Below the pieces are notes generated by a model. That model was given only the letters and a program-made list of their open reading frames with translations. It was not told the DNA's origin and did not search any database. A DNA stretch of 64,000 nt from an uncultured Fibrobacterota bacterium (GTDB lineage: Bacteria; Fibrobacterota; Chitinivibrionia; Chitinivibrionales; FEN-1185), in NCBI GenBank assembly GCA_963753345.1, contig CAVWBU010000027.1, forward strand, positions 192,001-256,000, read 5' to 3'. Shown here piece by piece: positions 20,711 through 31,072 of this stretch; the stretch's first letter is position 1, and every line of letters begins with the position of its first letter. Made by a program: the position numbers and the translations under genes.

Positions 20711-23164
20711 GTGCAAGGAGAAGATGTGGAAAAGAAGAACGCCGTAGCAACGGAACAACGGAAGCCCAATGCATGGTCGTCTCTTTTCTCAAACGACCTG
20801 GTTTGCGTAGGGGCGCTCGCCGTTCTCGTGGTCATTGTTTTTACCCCGTTCCTGTTTTCGGACAGAATGCTGTTTGGCTCCGACACCATGGCGGGCCTTG
20901 ACAGCCGCGTCTTTCTCAAGACTTCCATAGAAAAATATCACCAGTTTCCCCTATGGTTCAACAGCAGGCTTGGCGGAATGCCGTCGATTGACGCGCTGTT
21001 CGGCGACGCGATGTATCCGCCCACGCTCATCATCAACACGATGCTGCCGATTGCCAGGGCGCTTGGCATGAGGTTGGTGCTGCACGTGTTTCTTGCCGGA
21101 CTTTTCTTCTTCCTGCTTCTGCGCCGCGGGTTCAATGTGCCCCCTTGGGTGGCCGCCATCGGCGGGGCCCTGTACATGCTGAATCCCGAATTCGTGTCGC
21201 ATGTGTATCCGGGACACGACGGAAAAATGTTCGTTATCGCGCTGCTGCCGTTCGTGGTGTGGCGCATGAAATCGCTCATCGAGTCGCCGAACTTTCTCAA
21301 CTCCACCCTGGTGGGCCTTGGCGTCGCGCTGTGCCTTCTCACGTCGCACATTCAAATGTCGTATTTCATGCTCTGGGGCCTTTTCCTGTATTGGCTGATG
21401 TTTGTCGTTCTCACCTGGATTCGGCGAAAGATTGCGGCGCCTCTCGTCAAAGTGACGGTGTTCTTCTGGCTGGCCGTGGCGATCGGAATCGGGCTCTCGC
21501 TTGTCCAGTTGCTTCCGCCGTTCATGTTTTTGCGGGAGGCGTTTTCGGTGCGCGGCGTCGACCGTGGATTCGAGTACGCTGCTTCGTGGTCATTGCATTG
21601 GCCGGAGGTCTTTTCGCTGTGGGTTCCGGAGTTTGCGGGCTTCGATGTCGGCAACCTGCAGACCTACTGGAGCGAAAATCCCTTTAAACTGAACACCGAG
21701 TATGCTGGCGCAATTGCGCTTCTGTTTTCCATTCTGGCAATAGTTCAGAAACCCAGGCCCTGGAGGATCTTCTGGGGTTCCGTGGCGGTCCTTTCGGTGC
21801 TGTATTCGCTTGGCGCCCACACACCCGTGTTCTACGCGGCATACTACCTTATCCCGGGTGTCAAGCGGTTCCGCGCGGGAAGCATGCTCATGTTCTGGTT
21901 CTCGTTTGCCACGGTTCTCCTGGCGAGCCTATTCCTCAAAGATGTGATGGCGGGGTATTTCTCCGGTCTGTCCCAGGCCCTCAAGAAAAAATGGACAAAG
22001 GGCATTCTTGTCGCCCTCGGTTCGATTACGGTCCTCACGGTTCTTTTTTCGGTCCAGGGGTTTGTCAGCGGCGTCATGAATGTTTTCACCGTTTCGCTTG
22101 CCGATACGCAGAAGTTCGCGATTTTCGAAAAGAATTTTGGAACGAATTTCGTGCCGTTTCTCTGGGTGTGGTGGTTCTTTGGCGGGGCATCGCTGGCCCT
22201 TCTGCTGGGCGTCGTCAAGGACAAAGTCGGGAAGACAGCCTTTCTGATCGCGGTGGCCGCCATGGCGCTTATCGACGTCGCCAGAGTTGATGCGCGTTTT
22301 ATAACGACCATCAATCCAAAGCCGTATTTCTATGCCGAGCAGACGGTCGTCGATCTGCAGAACGAAATGAAGCAGGAACCGTTCCGGTGTTTTCTCCTCC
22401 CCGGGGCGCTTCCCAAGGGCGGGGAGGGGATCATGGGACTGGAAGGCGTGGGTGGGTTCCACGACAACGAACTCCGGTGGTACCGTGAATTCCGCGGCGA
22501 CCAGGAGGACCGCAACTACTATACGAACCTGCTCGGCGTCCAGCAGGACGGAAGGCCGTTCCTTAAACCGGACAATTTAAAGAACGGGAACGCCTTTCTC
22601 AATATCGCCAATGCACGCTATTATCTTATCCGTCAAAATGAAACCCTGTACAAAATCCCGAATGAGGGGGCGCTCCAAAGGATTTCTTTCGTGCCCGGTT
22701 ATGTCGTCATGGACAGTTCGCGTATTCTGGACGCTCTCAAAAGCGGAGGTTACGATTACCGCACCACCGTCGCCCTGCTGCAGGAGCCGGCGCAGAAACC
22801 CGCACCCGTTCAGGATTCGCTTTCGTCAAAGCCTGCGTCCGTCACTTGGAGATCGTACACGCCGAATTATCGGAAGGCCGAAGTGACCGTCGGCGGCGAT
22901 GGCTTTCTGCGCATTTCGGAGGTATACTACCCTGGCTGGAAAATTTTGGTCGACGGAAAACCGGTGAGAATATACCGGGCCGATCTTGCATGGATGGCAA
23001 TAAACATCGCCAGGGGCACTCATACGGTTGAGATGATTCCCCAATCGTTGTACTTGGGAAAGGCGCAAATGGTGACGTTCCCGCTCGCCGCGGTCATGCT
23101 CCTGTACTGGGCATGGGTTTACGCCGCGTTCTTGCGTGGTTCGCGGCGGAAGAAACCGGCATAG
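20711..23164 (+). CDS. YfhO-family polytopic membrane protein (GT-C-like glycosyltransferase)
   Basis: PLWF....GGMP motif, many TM helices, C-terminal SEVYYPGW...VDGK. Confidence 0.85.
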   Translation: MQGEDVEKKNAVATEQRKPNAWSSLFSNDLVCVGALAVLVVIVFTPFLFSDRMLFGSDTMAGLDSRVFLKTSIEKYHQFPLWFNSRLGGMPSIDALFGDAMYPPTLIINTMLPIARALGMRLVLHVFLAGLFFFLLLRRGFNVPPWVAAIGGALYMLNPEFVSHVYPGHDGKMFVIALLPFVVWRMKSLIESPNFLNSTLVGLGVALCLLTSHIQMSYFMLWGLFLYWLMFVVLTWIRRKIAAPLVKVTVFFWLAVAIGIGLSLVQLLPPFMFLREAFSVRGVDRGFEYAASWSLHWPEVFSLWVPEFAGFDVGNLQTYWSENPFKLNTEYAGAIALLFSILAIVQKPRPWRIFWGSVAVLSVLYSLGAHTPVFYAAYYLIPGVKRFRAGSMLMFWFSFATVLLASLFLKDVMAGYFSGLSQALKKKWTKGILVALGSITVLTVLFSVQGFVSGVMNVFTVSLADTQKFAIFEKNFGTNFVPFLWVWWFFGGASLALLLGVVKDKVGKTAFLIAVAAMALIDVARVDARFITTINPKPYFYAEQTVVDLQNEMKQEPFRCFLLPGALPKGGEGIMGLEGVGGFHDNELRWYREFRGDQEDRNYYTNLLGVQQDGRPFLKPDNLKNGNAFLNIANARYYLIRQNETLYKIPNEGALQRISFVPGYVVMDSSRILDALKSGGYDYRTTVALLQEPAQKPAPVQDSLSSKPASVTWRSYTPNYRKAEVTVGGDGFLRISEVYYPGWKILVDGKPVRIYRADLAWMAINIARGTHTVEMIPQSLYLGKAQMVTFPLAAVMLLYWAWVYAAFLRGSRRKKPA

Positions 23165-23180
23165 GGCAAGGCAGACTTGT

Positions 23181-23894
23181 ATGACGGACATCAGCCGGAT
23201 TGAAATCGACCGACGCTACTACGATACCGTCTACTATGGACAGCACGCCGAAAGGCTTGTCAGAAAAGACCGGTTCACCAGGGTGAAGGTGGACCGCGTG
23301 CGCCGTCTCCTTGATCCCCGCAGCGGCGAGCTCATCGTCGATCTCGGGTGCGGCGTCGGAACCATGATGACCCTGCTCGCATCCTCCGGCGCGGCAATGA
23401 TCGGCATGGACTTTTCCCAGGAGTCCCTGCGGGTCGCCCGCGGATGGTTCGCCCGCGAAGTTCCGCACGGCATGTTCCGCGCTTTCTGCAGCGACGGCCG
23501 CGCCATCGCCCTGCGCAACTGCTCGGTGGACGGCGTGATGGCAGTTGACTTTACGGAACATCTGGACGATACCATCCTGTTTGCAATGGCGAACGAAGTA
23601 TATCGCATTCTGAAACCGGGCGGAAGATTCGTTGTGTACACGCCGAGCCCCACGCATCTTTTTGAACGGCTCAAGAAGCGCAATATTTTTCTCAAGGAGG
23701 ACAAGTCGCACATCGGGCTGCGCTCCATGGAACAATACCTGAGCGTCTTGTCGCAGATCGGATTTCAAGTGAAAGAGCGCTATTTCAGGCCCACCGACAT
23801 TCCCTTGTTCAATCGCGTGGAGTCCGGGCTGATGATGCTTCCCTTCATCGGCGGCCTTGCAAAGCGAAGGATCTGCATTAGGGCGGTAAAATAA
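23181..23894 (+). CDS. Class I SAM-dependent methyltransferase
   Basis: VDLGCGVG, EHL, RILKPGG. Confidence 0.9.
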   Translation: MTDISRIEIDRRYYDTVYYGQHAERLVRKDRFTRVKVDRVRRLLDPRSGELIVDLGCGVGTMMTLLASSGAAMIGMDFSQESLRVARGWFAREVPHGMFRAFCSDGRAIALRNCSVDGVMAVDFTEHLDDTILFAMANEVYRILKPGGRFVVYTPSPTHLFERLKKRNIFLKEDKSHIGLRSMEQYLSVLSQIGFQVKERYFRPTDIPLFNRVESGLMMLPFIGGLAKRRICIRAVK

Positions 23895-23956
23895 GAGTTT
23901 TGCCGGCACGATATAAGTGGACCATATTCGCATTTGACCAGAATGAGAAGAGTCGA

Positions 23957-25393
23957 ATGACACACAGTTTACCCGACGTTGTACTCGTCATTAATCCGTC
24001 GCTCTGGTACAAGCCGATGTACCCGTCGGGCATTCTCTATTTGGCTGGATACCTGCGCCAACAAGGCGTCTCCTGCGAAATCATCGATTCGGCGCTTTCT
24101 TCGCATGTGGTACCCGCCATGCGCCGTCCGGCTCTTGTTGCCGAGGCCATCGCGGCTCGCAAACCAAGGGTAGTTTGCTTTTCGGCAAGCCATACCGAAC
24201 TTGCCGAGGTCGTATTGATCCACAGATTGCTCAAAGCAAAGCTTGGGGCAAGACAGGGAATTTCGATTGTCGGAGGTCCGCAGCCGACCTACCGCCCGGA
24301 AGACTTTCTGAACAATGATTTTGACTTTGTTTGCATTGGGGAAGGTGAAAAGACACTTTGTGAATTCGTTGGCGAAGCGGTTCGCACTCATCAGAATTGG
24401 CAGACGGTCAGAGGACTTGTCTGGAAGAACGCGGCGCGCATTGTACGTAACGATCCGCGTGAATTAATGACGGAATCCGAACTTGATGACCTGCCGCTTC
24501 CGGCTTACGATATGATAGACAAAAGGTACTTCAGGACGAACGCCGGTTTGATACGAGGGCTTCCCCTGCGGGGCGCCATGCTTCTAACGACGCGGGGATG
24601 CCCTTTCAACTGTTCGTTCTGCGGGTGCAACCTGATTTTTGGCCGCACATTGCGCAAGAAGTCTTTGAAAAGCATCGAGAGAGAAATTGCATATCTGAAG
24701 GTTCAGCATCAAATCGAAGGCGTCTGGATAATCGACGATACATTCACTGTCGACCGCGCGCATTTGCGGGGGGTGAGCGAACTCCTCAAGAAGTACGACG
24801 TGGTTTGGGGATGCCAATCGCGGGTGAACACGATCGATGAAGAAATGATCAGAGTAATGAAAGAAGCGGGGTGCAGACAGATTGATTTTGGCGTTGAATC
24901 CGGCAGTCAACGGATTCTCGACGAAATCATTCAGAAGAAGATAACAGTCGATCAAGTTGTCAAGGCCTTTGATCTCGCCCGACGATATCACATCCGTACG
25001 CTCGCAAATTTCATGATTGGTTTGCCAACGGAAACTCTGCGTGAATTTGAACAGACGAAGCGTTTGGCCGAGAGAATAAGGGCCGACGTCTATATTTTTT
25101 CGATAGCCACACCGCTGCCGGGGACCAAGCTTTACGATATGGTTGGGGTTCCCATCTCGCCCGACGATTACACTATGCTTACTTGGAGCGGAAGCCCCCT
25201 TACGAAGAAACTCAATAAATCGGAGATACAAGATCCAACCGCGGCGCGGAATTCTCTCATGAGGCGTTTCTATGTACGGTCGCTGCTCAAGTCGTTTCTC
25301 TCGCTGGACAATATATGGTTCTTCTTGACGCATCCATTCAAACTTGAAAAGATCGCGTGTCTGTTCCGTTACCTCGGACGAGTGGTACGCTGA
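23957..25393 (+). CDS. Cobalamin-binding radical SAM protein (class B methylase type)
   Basis: N-terminal B12-binding region (GILYLAG, VGGP.PT, GEGE), TRGCPFNCSFC, GVESGS. Confidence 0.92.
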   Translation: MTHSLPDVVLVINPSLWYKPMYPSGILYLAGYLRQQGVSCEIIDSALSSHVVPAMRRPALVAEAIAARKPRVVCFSASHTELAEVVLIHRLLKAKLGARQGISIVGGPQPTYRPEDFLNNDFDFVCIGEGEKTLCEFVGEAVRTHQNWQTVRGLVWKNAARIVRNDPRELMTESELDDLPLPAYDMIDKRYFRTNAGLIRGLPLRGAMLLTTRGCPFNCSFCGCNLIFGRTLRKKSLKSIEREIAYLKVQHQIEGVWIIDDTFTVDRAHLRGVSELLKKYDVVWGCQSRVNTIDEEMIRVMKEAGCRQIDFGVESGSQRILDEIIQKKITVDQVVKAFDLARRYHIRTLANFMIGLPTETLREFEQTKRLAERIRADVYIFSIATPLPGTKLYDMVGVPISPDDYTMLTWSGSPLTKKLNKSEIQDPTAARNSLMRRFYVRSLLKSFLSLDNIWFFLTHPFKLEKIACLFRYLGRVVR

Positions 25394-25398
25394 GTTCG

Positions 25399-26382
25399 CT
25401 AGGCATGCGGTGCACCTCGTGCATCTTGACATCTCGCCATAACAAAACGAATTTGATCGCCTTGGTCCTGCCGGTTGAGACGCCGCGCCTCCCTCCGATA
25501 TTTTACTATGTCACGGATTGAAAATGACGACCTGAGTGGATTGACGGCAAAAGATGTTTTGCTGCAGGTAAGTATTCCGCGTTGATACTGCTCGCTCCCC
25601 CAGAATTGCGAGGAATTTGAATCGCAGACGGCAGAGACAATGGAGAAGCCTGCCCGCTCGGCAAGCATGCCCATGCTTTTCCGTGTGAACAGAAAGTGGT
25701 GACGTGGTGCATCAAGCTGAAGCCAGTTGACGCCATAGGTCCTCCACGCATAAGAGTCGGCGATAGGCACACGAATAAGCACGCGGCCTCCGGGCGAGAG
25801 TAACGAATGGAGCTTCTGCATGACTTCCTGAGGGTTTGGCATGTGTTCGAGAGAATGATGCAGCATGATGCAGTCAAACGTACCTTGAACATCGGCTATT
25901 GCCGCTTTTTGCAACAAGATTCCATCGCGGTATACATCCTTTTCAATATAGGGATCTACCCCACGCAGGTTCTGAAAGCCGACCGATTTCATCATTGCAA
26001 GCAGATTGCCATTCCCGCACCCTATGTCCAAGATGGCCTTATCCATTCCAATTGCAGCTTCGTTCATCCACAAGCGAAGTTGATGCTTCCCGAACATGAG
26101 ACTGAGAAACCACCCCACCGGATCTTTGCCAAAGACGGAGTAGGAAAGCCATCGACATTTCAAATAGAAAACAATACGTCTCTCGGTTCTCATGGAGTAA
26201 TAGCCGGAAGGATAGTACAAGCTTGTGTCCGCAAGGGGAGTAATGAGTTGCACGCAGCCGCACGCGCCGCACTCAAGATACGTAAATTCGCCCGGCCTGC
26301 CAAACATCATTTCTCTGGCTATGTGAAAGGTATTGCCAGAGGTGTTGTTGCAGATCAGACAGCTTTGCAAGATCTTGTTCAT
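25399..26382 (-). CDS. Class I SAM-dependent methyltransferase with N-terminal Cys motifs
   Basis: CLIC..CGAC, LDIGCGNG, HSLEH, DAPRH. Confidence 0.9.
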   Translation of the reverse strand: MNKILQSCLICNNTSGNTFHIAREMMFGRPGEFTYLECGACGCVQLITPLADTSLYYPSGYYSMRTERRIVFYLKCRWLSYSVFGKDPVGWFLSLMFGKHQLRLWMNEAAIGMDKAILDIGCGNGNLLAMMKSVGFQNLRGVDPYIEKDVYRDGILLQKAAIADVQGTFDCIMLHHSLEHMPNPQEVMQKLHSLLSPGGRVLIRVPIADSYAWRTYGVNWLQLDAPRHHFLFTRKSMGMLAERAGFSIVSAVCDSNSSQFWGSEQYQRGILTCSKTSFAVNPLRSSFSIRDIVKYRREARRLNRQDQGDQIRFVMARCQDARGAPHA

Positions 26383-26449
26383 GTCTCTGGTATCCGCCGG
26401 ACTTCACTTTTAGCCAGCAGGGTGGGTGTCTGTTACCTGCTCTTTTCCA

Positions 26450-27424
26450 TTACCCTTTATTGAAATGATCCTTGAAATAGCCATGCAGGACCGGTAAAAA
26501 TCCTATCGTGCGGGGAAGATAGGCGAAGAAAAACTGGAACAAAACAAAGATGCCAAACTGTTCTTTAGTGAGCCCCAGGTAGGTTGACATCGCGGCGTTG
26601 AGCATTTCTCGGACTCCCATTCCATTCGGTGTGAACGGGAATGAAACGGCAATCAACTCGATAAGCGGCACAAAGGCCGCGCATTGCCACAAAAAATAGT
26701 GACCGGTTATTCCTTTGAGCGTCATCAAACTGGAAAAGACGAGAGAAACCTGGGTTAGGAGAGTGACAGCAAAGGCCAAGAGTACGTCTTTTTTCTTGTT
26801 GCGGTATAGGTAGACTCCTTCCCGTACTTGGCTGATGATCCGCGAAACCGAGACAGGTGCAATCTTTTCAATGATGAATCGGAACGGTCTGGTCAGTCGT
26901 TTTGAAAATGAGACAAGAAAGACAAGAAATGCTCCGAGATAGAATACGACTATTCCTGCTACCCAGCCGCTAGGCAGAGATGATTTATCCATTGCAACAA
27001 AGCCGTACGCGGAAAGCACTCCCAGGGCAGGTAAGCCCAGAATTCGGGTCATCCATATTGCGGCCCAACTGGCGGAAGAATCGTTTCTGTTTGCAAGCAT
27101 GAATGTCTTTATGACATCCTGTGCTGCGCTGGTGGGGAGCGCGGTTCCGTACAATACCGCAATGAAATGATAGGAAAGGGCGCGGAAGAAAGTTACTTCG
27201 GGAATGAATGCTTTCACTAATATCCACCATCGAATTCCCTGAAGAGTCATGCTTGCTATCACGATAGTCATGAGAACCGGGCCGGTCCACCATGCAACCT
27301 TGGGAAATGCGACGACCATTTTGTGAAAATCAAGGCGTGAATATATCCAGAAGAATGGAACGACCGCGAGCAAAATTCCACCGCGTCGGATCCATTTGTT
27401 GTGGAGGGAAAACAGTTGCGCCAT
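26450..27424 (-). CDS. Lysylphosphatidylglycerol-synthase-TM/AglD2-like flippase membrane protein
   Basis: About 8 TM helices with IRWWIL, LPT...D and PFTPNGMGVRE motifs. Confidence 0.8.
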   Translation of the reverse strand: MAQLFSLHNKWIRRGGILLAVVPFFWIYSRLDFHKMVVAFPKVAWWTGPVLMTIVIASMTLQGIRWWILVKAFIPEVTFFRALSYHFIAVLYGTALPTSAAQDVIKTFMLANRNDSSASWAAIWMTRILGLPALGVLSAYGFVAMDKSSLPSGWVAGIVVFYLGAFLVFLVSFSKRLTRPFRFIIEKIAPVSVSRIISQVREGVYLYRNKKKDVLLAFAVTLLTQVSLVFSSLMTLKGITGHYFLWQCAAFVPLIELIAVSFPFTPNGMGVREMLNAAMSTYLGLTKEQFGIFVLFQFFFAYLPRTIGFLPVLHGYFKDHFNKG

Positions 27425-27640
27425 TGGATTACAAATACCTTGGTGTTGCTATGGCATTGCGCATGCCTGAAATCGAAACGGGGAGAATGTCAGTAAATAT
27501 ACCATATAGATTGGGGATGCAGAGGCGAATCTCAACCTCGTTTCTTGTGAACGGTCCTGAGTAAAACTGCCGGAATCAGTTTGCGAAGGCTGCAATCGAA
27601 AAGGCATTTTCTTTCAGAAAACACTTTTTTTAATGGCATC

Positions 27641-27717
27641 TTGACAAGAAAGGCCGGTTATGCTATATTGCAAAACGCAATGGCTGATTTGACAAAAGAA
27701 GGCGAATACGATACCAT
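27641..27717 (+). promoter_or_regulatory. Two tandem sigma70-like promoters
   Basis: TTGACA(27641)-N17-TATATT with TG extension, and TTGACA(27689)-N17-TACCAT. Confidence 0.7.
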
Positions 27718-27751
27718 GCAAGGTCTCGTCGTCGGCAAGAAAGGAAGAAAT

Positions 27752-29548
27752 ATGAGAAAACAGTGGTTTATTGTCGCTGCGGCGATTTTGCTTTTCTTTC
27801 GATTTCAAGTTCAAGCAAATATGGTGGCGTATTGGGATTTCAATGAGGGAAGCGGGACCGTATTGCATGACAAAAGCGGAAACGGCAACAGCGCCACAAT
27901 ATACGGCCCTACGTGGGCGGCTGGCGTGAGCGGATCGTCACTTCATTTTAATGGAACAACCGACTACGTCGAACTAGTCGACGGGTCTCCCACACATCTT
28001 CAGCAATTTACAATCACCTGTTGGGTAAGTCCCATAGACCCCTATGCTTCCCAGGAAAGGGCTTTTTTTAGTAATGTTCAGGCTGCTTCTGGTTTGGCCG
28101 ACGGATTCGTCTTTGGGTTTAACCCCACCGGCCTTAACTTTTGCGCAGCAAACAGTGCGGGAAACGGCTGGTTTACGCTCGCGGTACCCGTGAATATTGC
28201 GGCCGGTTCCTATCACTTCGCGGCATGTACCTACGACGGGGCAACGATGCGCGAATATTTTGACGGAGCCTTGGCCGGACAAATGAGTCGCAGCGGCCTT
28301 ATACCCTATTCCAGCGTGAAACCTAACATAGGAGCGGCACTCAACAATGTGGGACATCTAGGGCATTATTATGGCAACATTGACGAAATGCGTATTTATA
28401 ACCAAGCGCTATCCGCATCGGATCTGGTTGCCCTTTACAACGACAAGGGAACTTCCGCAATTACAAGCGATTTTCTCATTCCGGTCCAGTCTCCCACCTA
28501 TGAACGTCGCCCAGTGCTTCGCTGGCATCCGGTGGCGAATGCCAGCGGCTATAATATCCAAGTTGATTCGACAAGGGCTTTTCTTACTCCTCTCATAAAT
28601 ATTCCAACGGCGGACACCTTTTTCATACCGAATGCGGATCTCCCTGTCGATACAATTTTCTGGCGCGTCATTGCAGGTATCAATGACACGTCGACGTGTT
28701 TTTCGTCCATCGGGTCGTTTCTCATCCAGGATCAGAGGGTTCCGCTCCTTGTCCCCTATGAACCCAAGGTAACTTTAGAACGAAAACCTGTCTTTAAGTG
28801 GCATCCGGTGTCCGGAGCGGTTTCTTACACCTTGGAAGTCGGCAGCGATGCGCTGTTCACTAATGTTTTGCTTGTTGTTCCTGTTGCCGACACGCAATTC
28901 TCGCCGTCTGTCGGTATAAATGTTGGTCCCATCGTTTGGCGGGTAAAATCAGTCCTTAGCGAAGCGTGGTCGACCACGGACATGTTTCAGATCGTATCGG
29001 ATTCGATACCCATGCTGCTTCGTTACGACGGCGCTGTTGTCGCAACCGCGAAACCGCTGTTTGCATGGCACCCCGTGCTTGATGCTTCGGCATATACGCT
29101 GGAAATCGCCAATAATTCGTCCTTTACGAACGGTTATGTGATACCACTTACCGACACATCATTTTCACCAGCGGCCGTTTTGGCCAATGGAAAGTGGTTC
29201 TGGCGCGTCAGTTGCAGCAGAAATCCGGCATTGTTCAGCGTCTCCGACAGCCTCGTGGTCGCCTCCGTATTTGTGCGATTGTCAAATAATAACGACGCGT
29301 CGTTCGCCATGCCGTTCACCGTCCAGTCATGCAAAGGCACCATTCGAGTAACGGCCGACGCCCTGACAAATGGGAGTGCCACAATTACCCTGTTCACGCT
29401 TGTCGGAAAAACAGTGCTTAGCCGCCATGTCGCCTCTCGCTGCAAAACGACCGCGATTGATGTGTCCAAGATCCCTGCGAACCTTTATCTCATTGAGATC
29501 AAGACAGGTGAAAAGCTGTTCATTCAGAAGGTGATGGTCAGAAGATAG
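27752..29548 (+). CDS. Secreted LamG/concanavalin-like domain protein with three FN3-like repeats and a T9SS type-A-like C-terminal domain
   Basis: Signal peptide; AYWDFNEGSG..D.SGNG and G.IDE.RIYN.AL; three P.f.WHPV..A..Y..e repeats; C-terminal LFTL.GK....YLI......QK. Confidence 0.85.
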   Translation: MRKQWFIVAAAILLFFRFQVQANMVAYWDFNEGSGTVLHDKSGNGNSATIYGPTWAAGVSGSSLHFNGTTDYVELVDGSPTHLQQFTITCWVSPIDPYASQERAFFSNVQAASGLADGFVFGFNPTGLNFCAANSAGNGWFTLAVPVNIAAGSYHFAACTYDGATMREYFDGALAGQMSRSGLIPYSSVKPNIGAALNNVGHLGHYYGNIDEMRIYNQALSASDLVALYNDKGTSAITSDFLIPVQSPTYERRPVLRWHPVANASGYNIQVDSTRAFLTPLINIPTADTFFIPNADLPVDTIFWRVIAGINDTSTCFSSIGSFLIQDQRVPLLVPYEPKVTLERKPVFKWHPVSGAVSYTLEVGSDALFTNVLLVVPVADTQFSPSVGINVGPIVWRVKSVLSEAWSTTDMFQIVSDSIPMLLRYDGAVVATAKPLFAWHPVLDASAYTLEIANNSSFTNGYVIPLTDTSFSPAAVLANGKWFWRVSCSRNPALFSVSDSLVVASVFVRLSNNNDASFAMPFTVQSCKGTIRVTADALTNGSATITLFTLVGKTVLSRHVASRCKTTAIDVSKIPANLYLIEIKTGEKLFIQKVMVRR

Positions 29549-29732
29549 CATCCTTGGCCGCGTGTCTTGACGGAATCGGCAGGCGTGGCACCGGGCAGAA
29601 AATGTGCCGAGGTCCGCACAAACTGACCATAATAATATCCTCCTCTTGTGCTTCCGTTTAGAATCTTCTATTTTTGACTCTCCGTTTCGTGGTTGTTATT
29701 CCGACATATAACTAACAGAAGGAGTATTAACC

Positions 29733-30947
29733 GTGGCAAAACTTGTGGGAAAAGCAGTCATCGCGCAGGGCGGCGGGCCCACCGCAGTCATCAACCAGAG
29801 CCTTGTTGGCGCCGTTTTGCAGGCAAGAAAATACACGTGCATTGAAAACATTTACGGCGCGCTTCACGGCGTGAGCGGTATCGTAAAGGAGGATTTTCTC
29901 GATCTTACGCAGGCGACAACCCACAATCTGGAAAAGGTTGCCCTTTCCCCCTCGTCGGCCATGCTTTCCACCCGCGACAAACCCAACGAGGAATACTGCC
30001 AGAAAATATTCAAGGTTCTCAAGGCTCATGACGTGCGGTATTTCTACTATGTCGGCGGCAACGACTCCGCCGACACCTGCAAGATTGTGAATGAAAACGC
30101 AAAAAAGGCCGGGTACGAATTGCGGGTGGTACACATCCCCAAGACCATCGACAACGACCTGCGGGTCACCGACCACTGCCCGGGGTTCGGCTCGGCGGGC
30201 AGGTTCGTGAGCCTTGCCTTTGCCGGGCTCAATCTCGATAACCGCAGCCTTCCCGGCGTTTACATCGCGATTATCATGGGCCGGAACGCGGGATTTCTCA
30301 CCGCGGCCTCGGTGTTCGCCAAGAAATATCCCGACGACGGCCCGCACTGCATTTACATGCCGGAGAAACCGTTCAGCCAGGACAAATTCCTCGCCGATGT
30401 CGACAAGTACTACAAGCAGTACGGCAGGTGCGTCATCGCGGCGTCGGAAGGCATCACCGACAAGGACGGAACGCCCATCATTGCCGCGCTGACGAAAACC
30501 AGCGAGAAGGATGCGCACGGCAACGTGCAGCTCTCCGGGACCGGCGCGCTCGGCGACGCCCTGGCAGGCCTTGTCAAAGACAAGCTCAAGATCAAGCGCG
30601 TGCGCTGCGACACGTTCGGCTACCTGCAGCGGAGTTTTCTGAGCGTGGTTTCGGGAGTTGACGCACAGGAAGCGCGTGAGGTCGGGGAGAAGGCCGTTCA
30701 GTTCTCGGTATGGGCCGACGTCGACGGTAGCGTGGCCATCCGCAGGACGGGCGACTACTCGGTTGAATATTTTCTCACGCCGCTTGAGACCGTTGCCCGC
30801 GACACGAAAAAGATGGCCGATGAGTATATCGATGTTGAGAATTCAACGGTCACCGAGGCTTTCAAGGATTACGCGCGTCCCCTTATCGGAACCATGCCGG
30901 AGTACGAACGCATCTCCGCGCCCTTGGTGAGCAAGCTTCTCGCATAA
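29733..30947 (+). CDS. pfkA: 6-phosphofructokinase, probably PPi-dependent
   Basis: QGGGPTAVIN, GGNDS (Asp at the PPi-specificity position), PKTIDND, MGRNAG, GYLQR; GTG start with AAGGAG upstream. Confidence 0.9.
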   Translation: MAKLVGKAVIAQGGGPTAVINQSLVGAVLQARKYTCIENIYGALHGVSGIVKEDFLDLTQATTHNLEKVALSPSSAMLSTRDKPNEEYCQKIFKVLKAHDVRYFYYVGGNDSADTCKIVNENAKKAGYELRVVHIPKTIDNDLRVTDHCPGFGSAGRFVSLAFAGLNLDNRSLPGVYIAIIMGRNAGFLTAASVFAKKYPDDGPHCIYMPEKPFSQDKFLADVDKYYKQYGRCVIAASEGITDKDGTPIIAALTKTSEKDAHGNVQLSGTGALGDALAGLVKDKLKIKRVRCDTFGYLQRSFLSVVSGVDAQEAREVGEKAVQFSVWADVDGSVAIRRTGDYSVEYFLTPLETVARDTKKMADEYIDVENSTVTEAFKDYARPLIGTMPEYERISAPLVSKLLA

Positions 30948-31072
30948 GGGGAGCGGACCACGGTGCATGCCGGCGTCTCAGGAAGATCGCCGGCTTATTG
31001 GGTGATACAGAGATCAGGAGTTCCCGAAAGCCTCCGGGCGTATTTTGTTCCAAAGGATCACCAGGCCCCACC

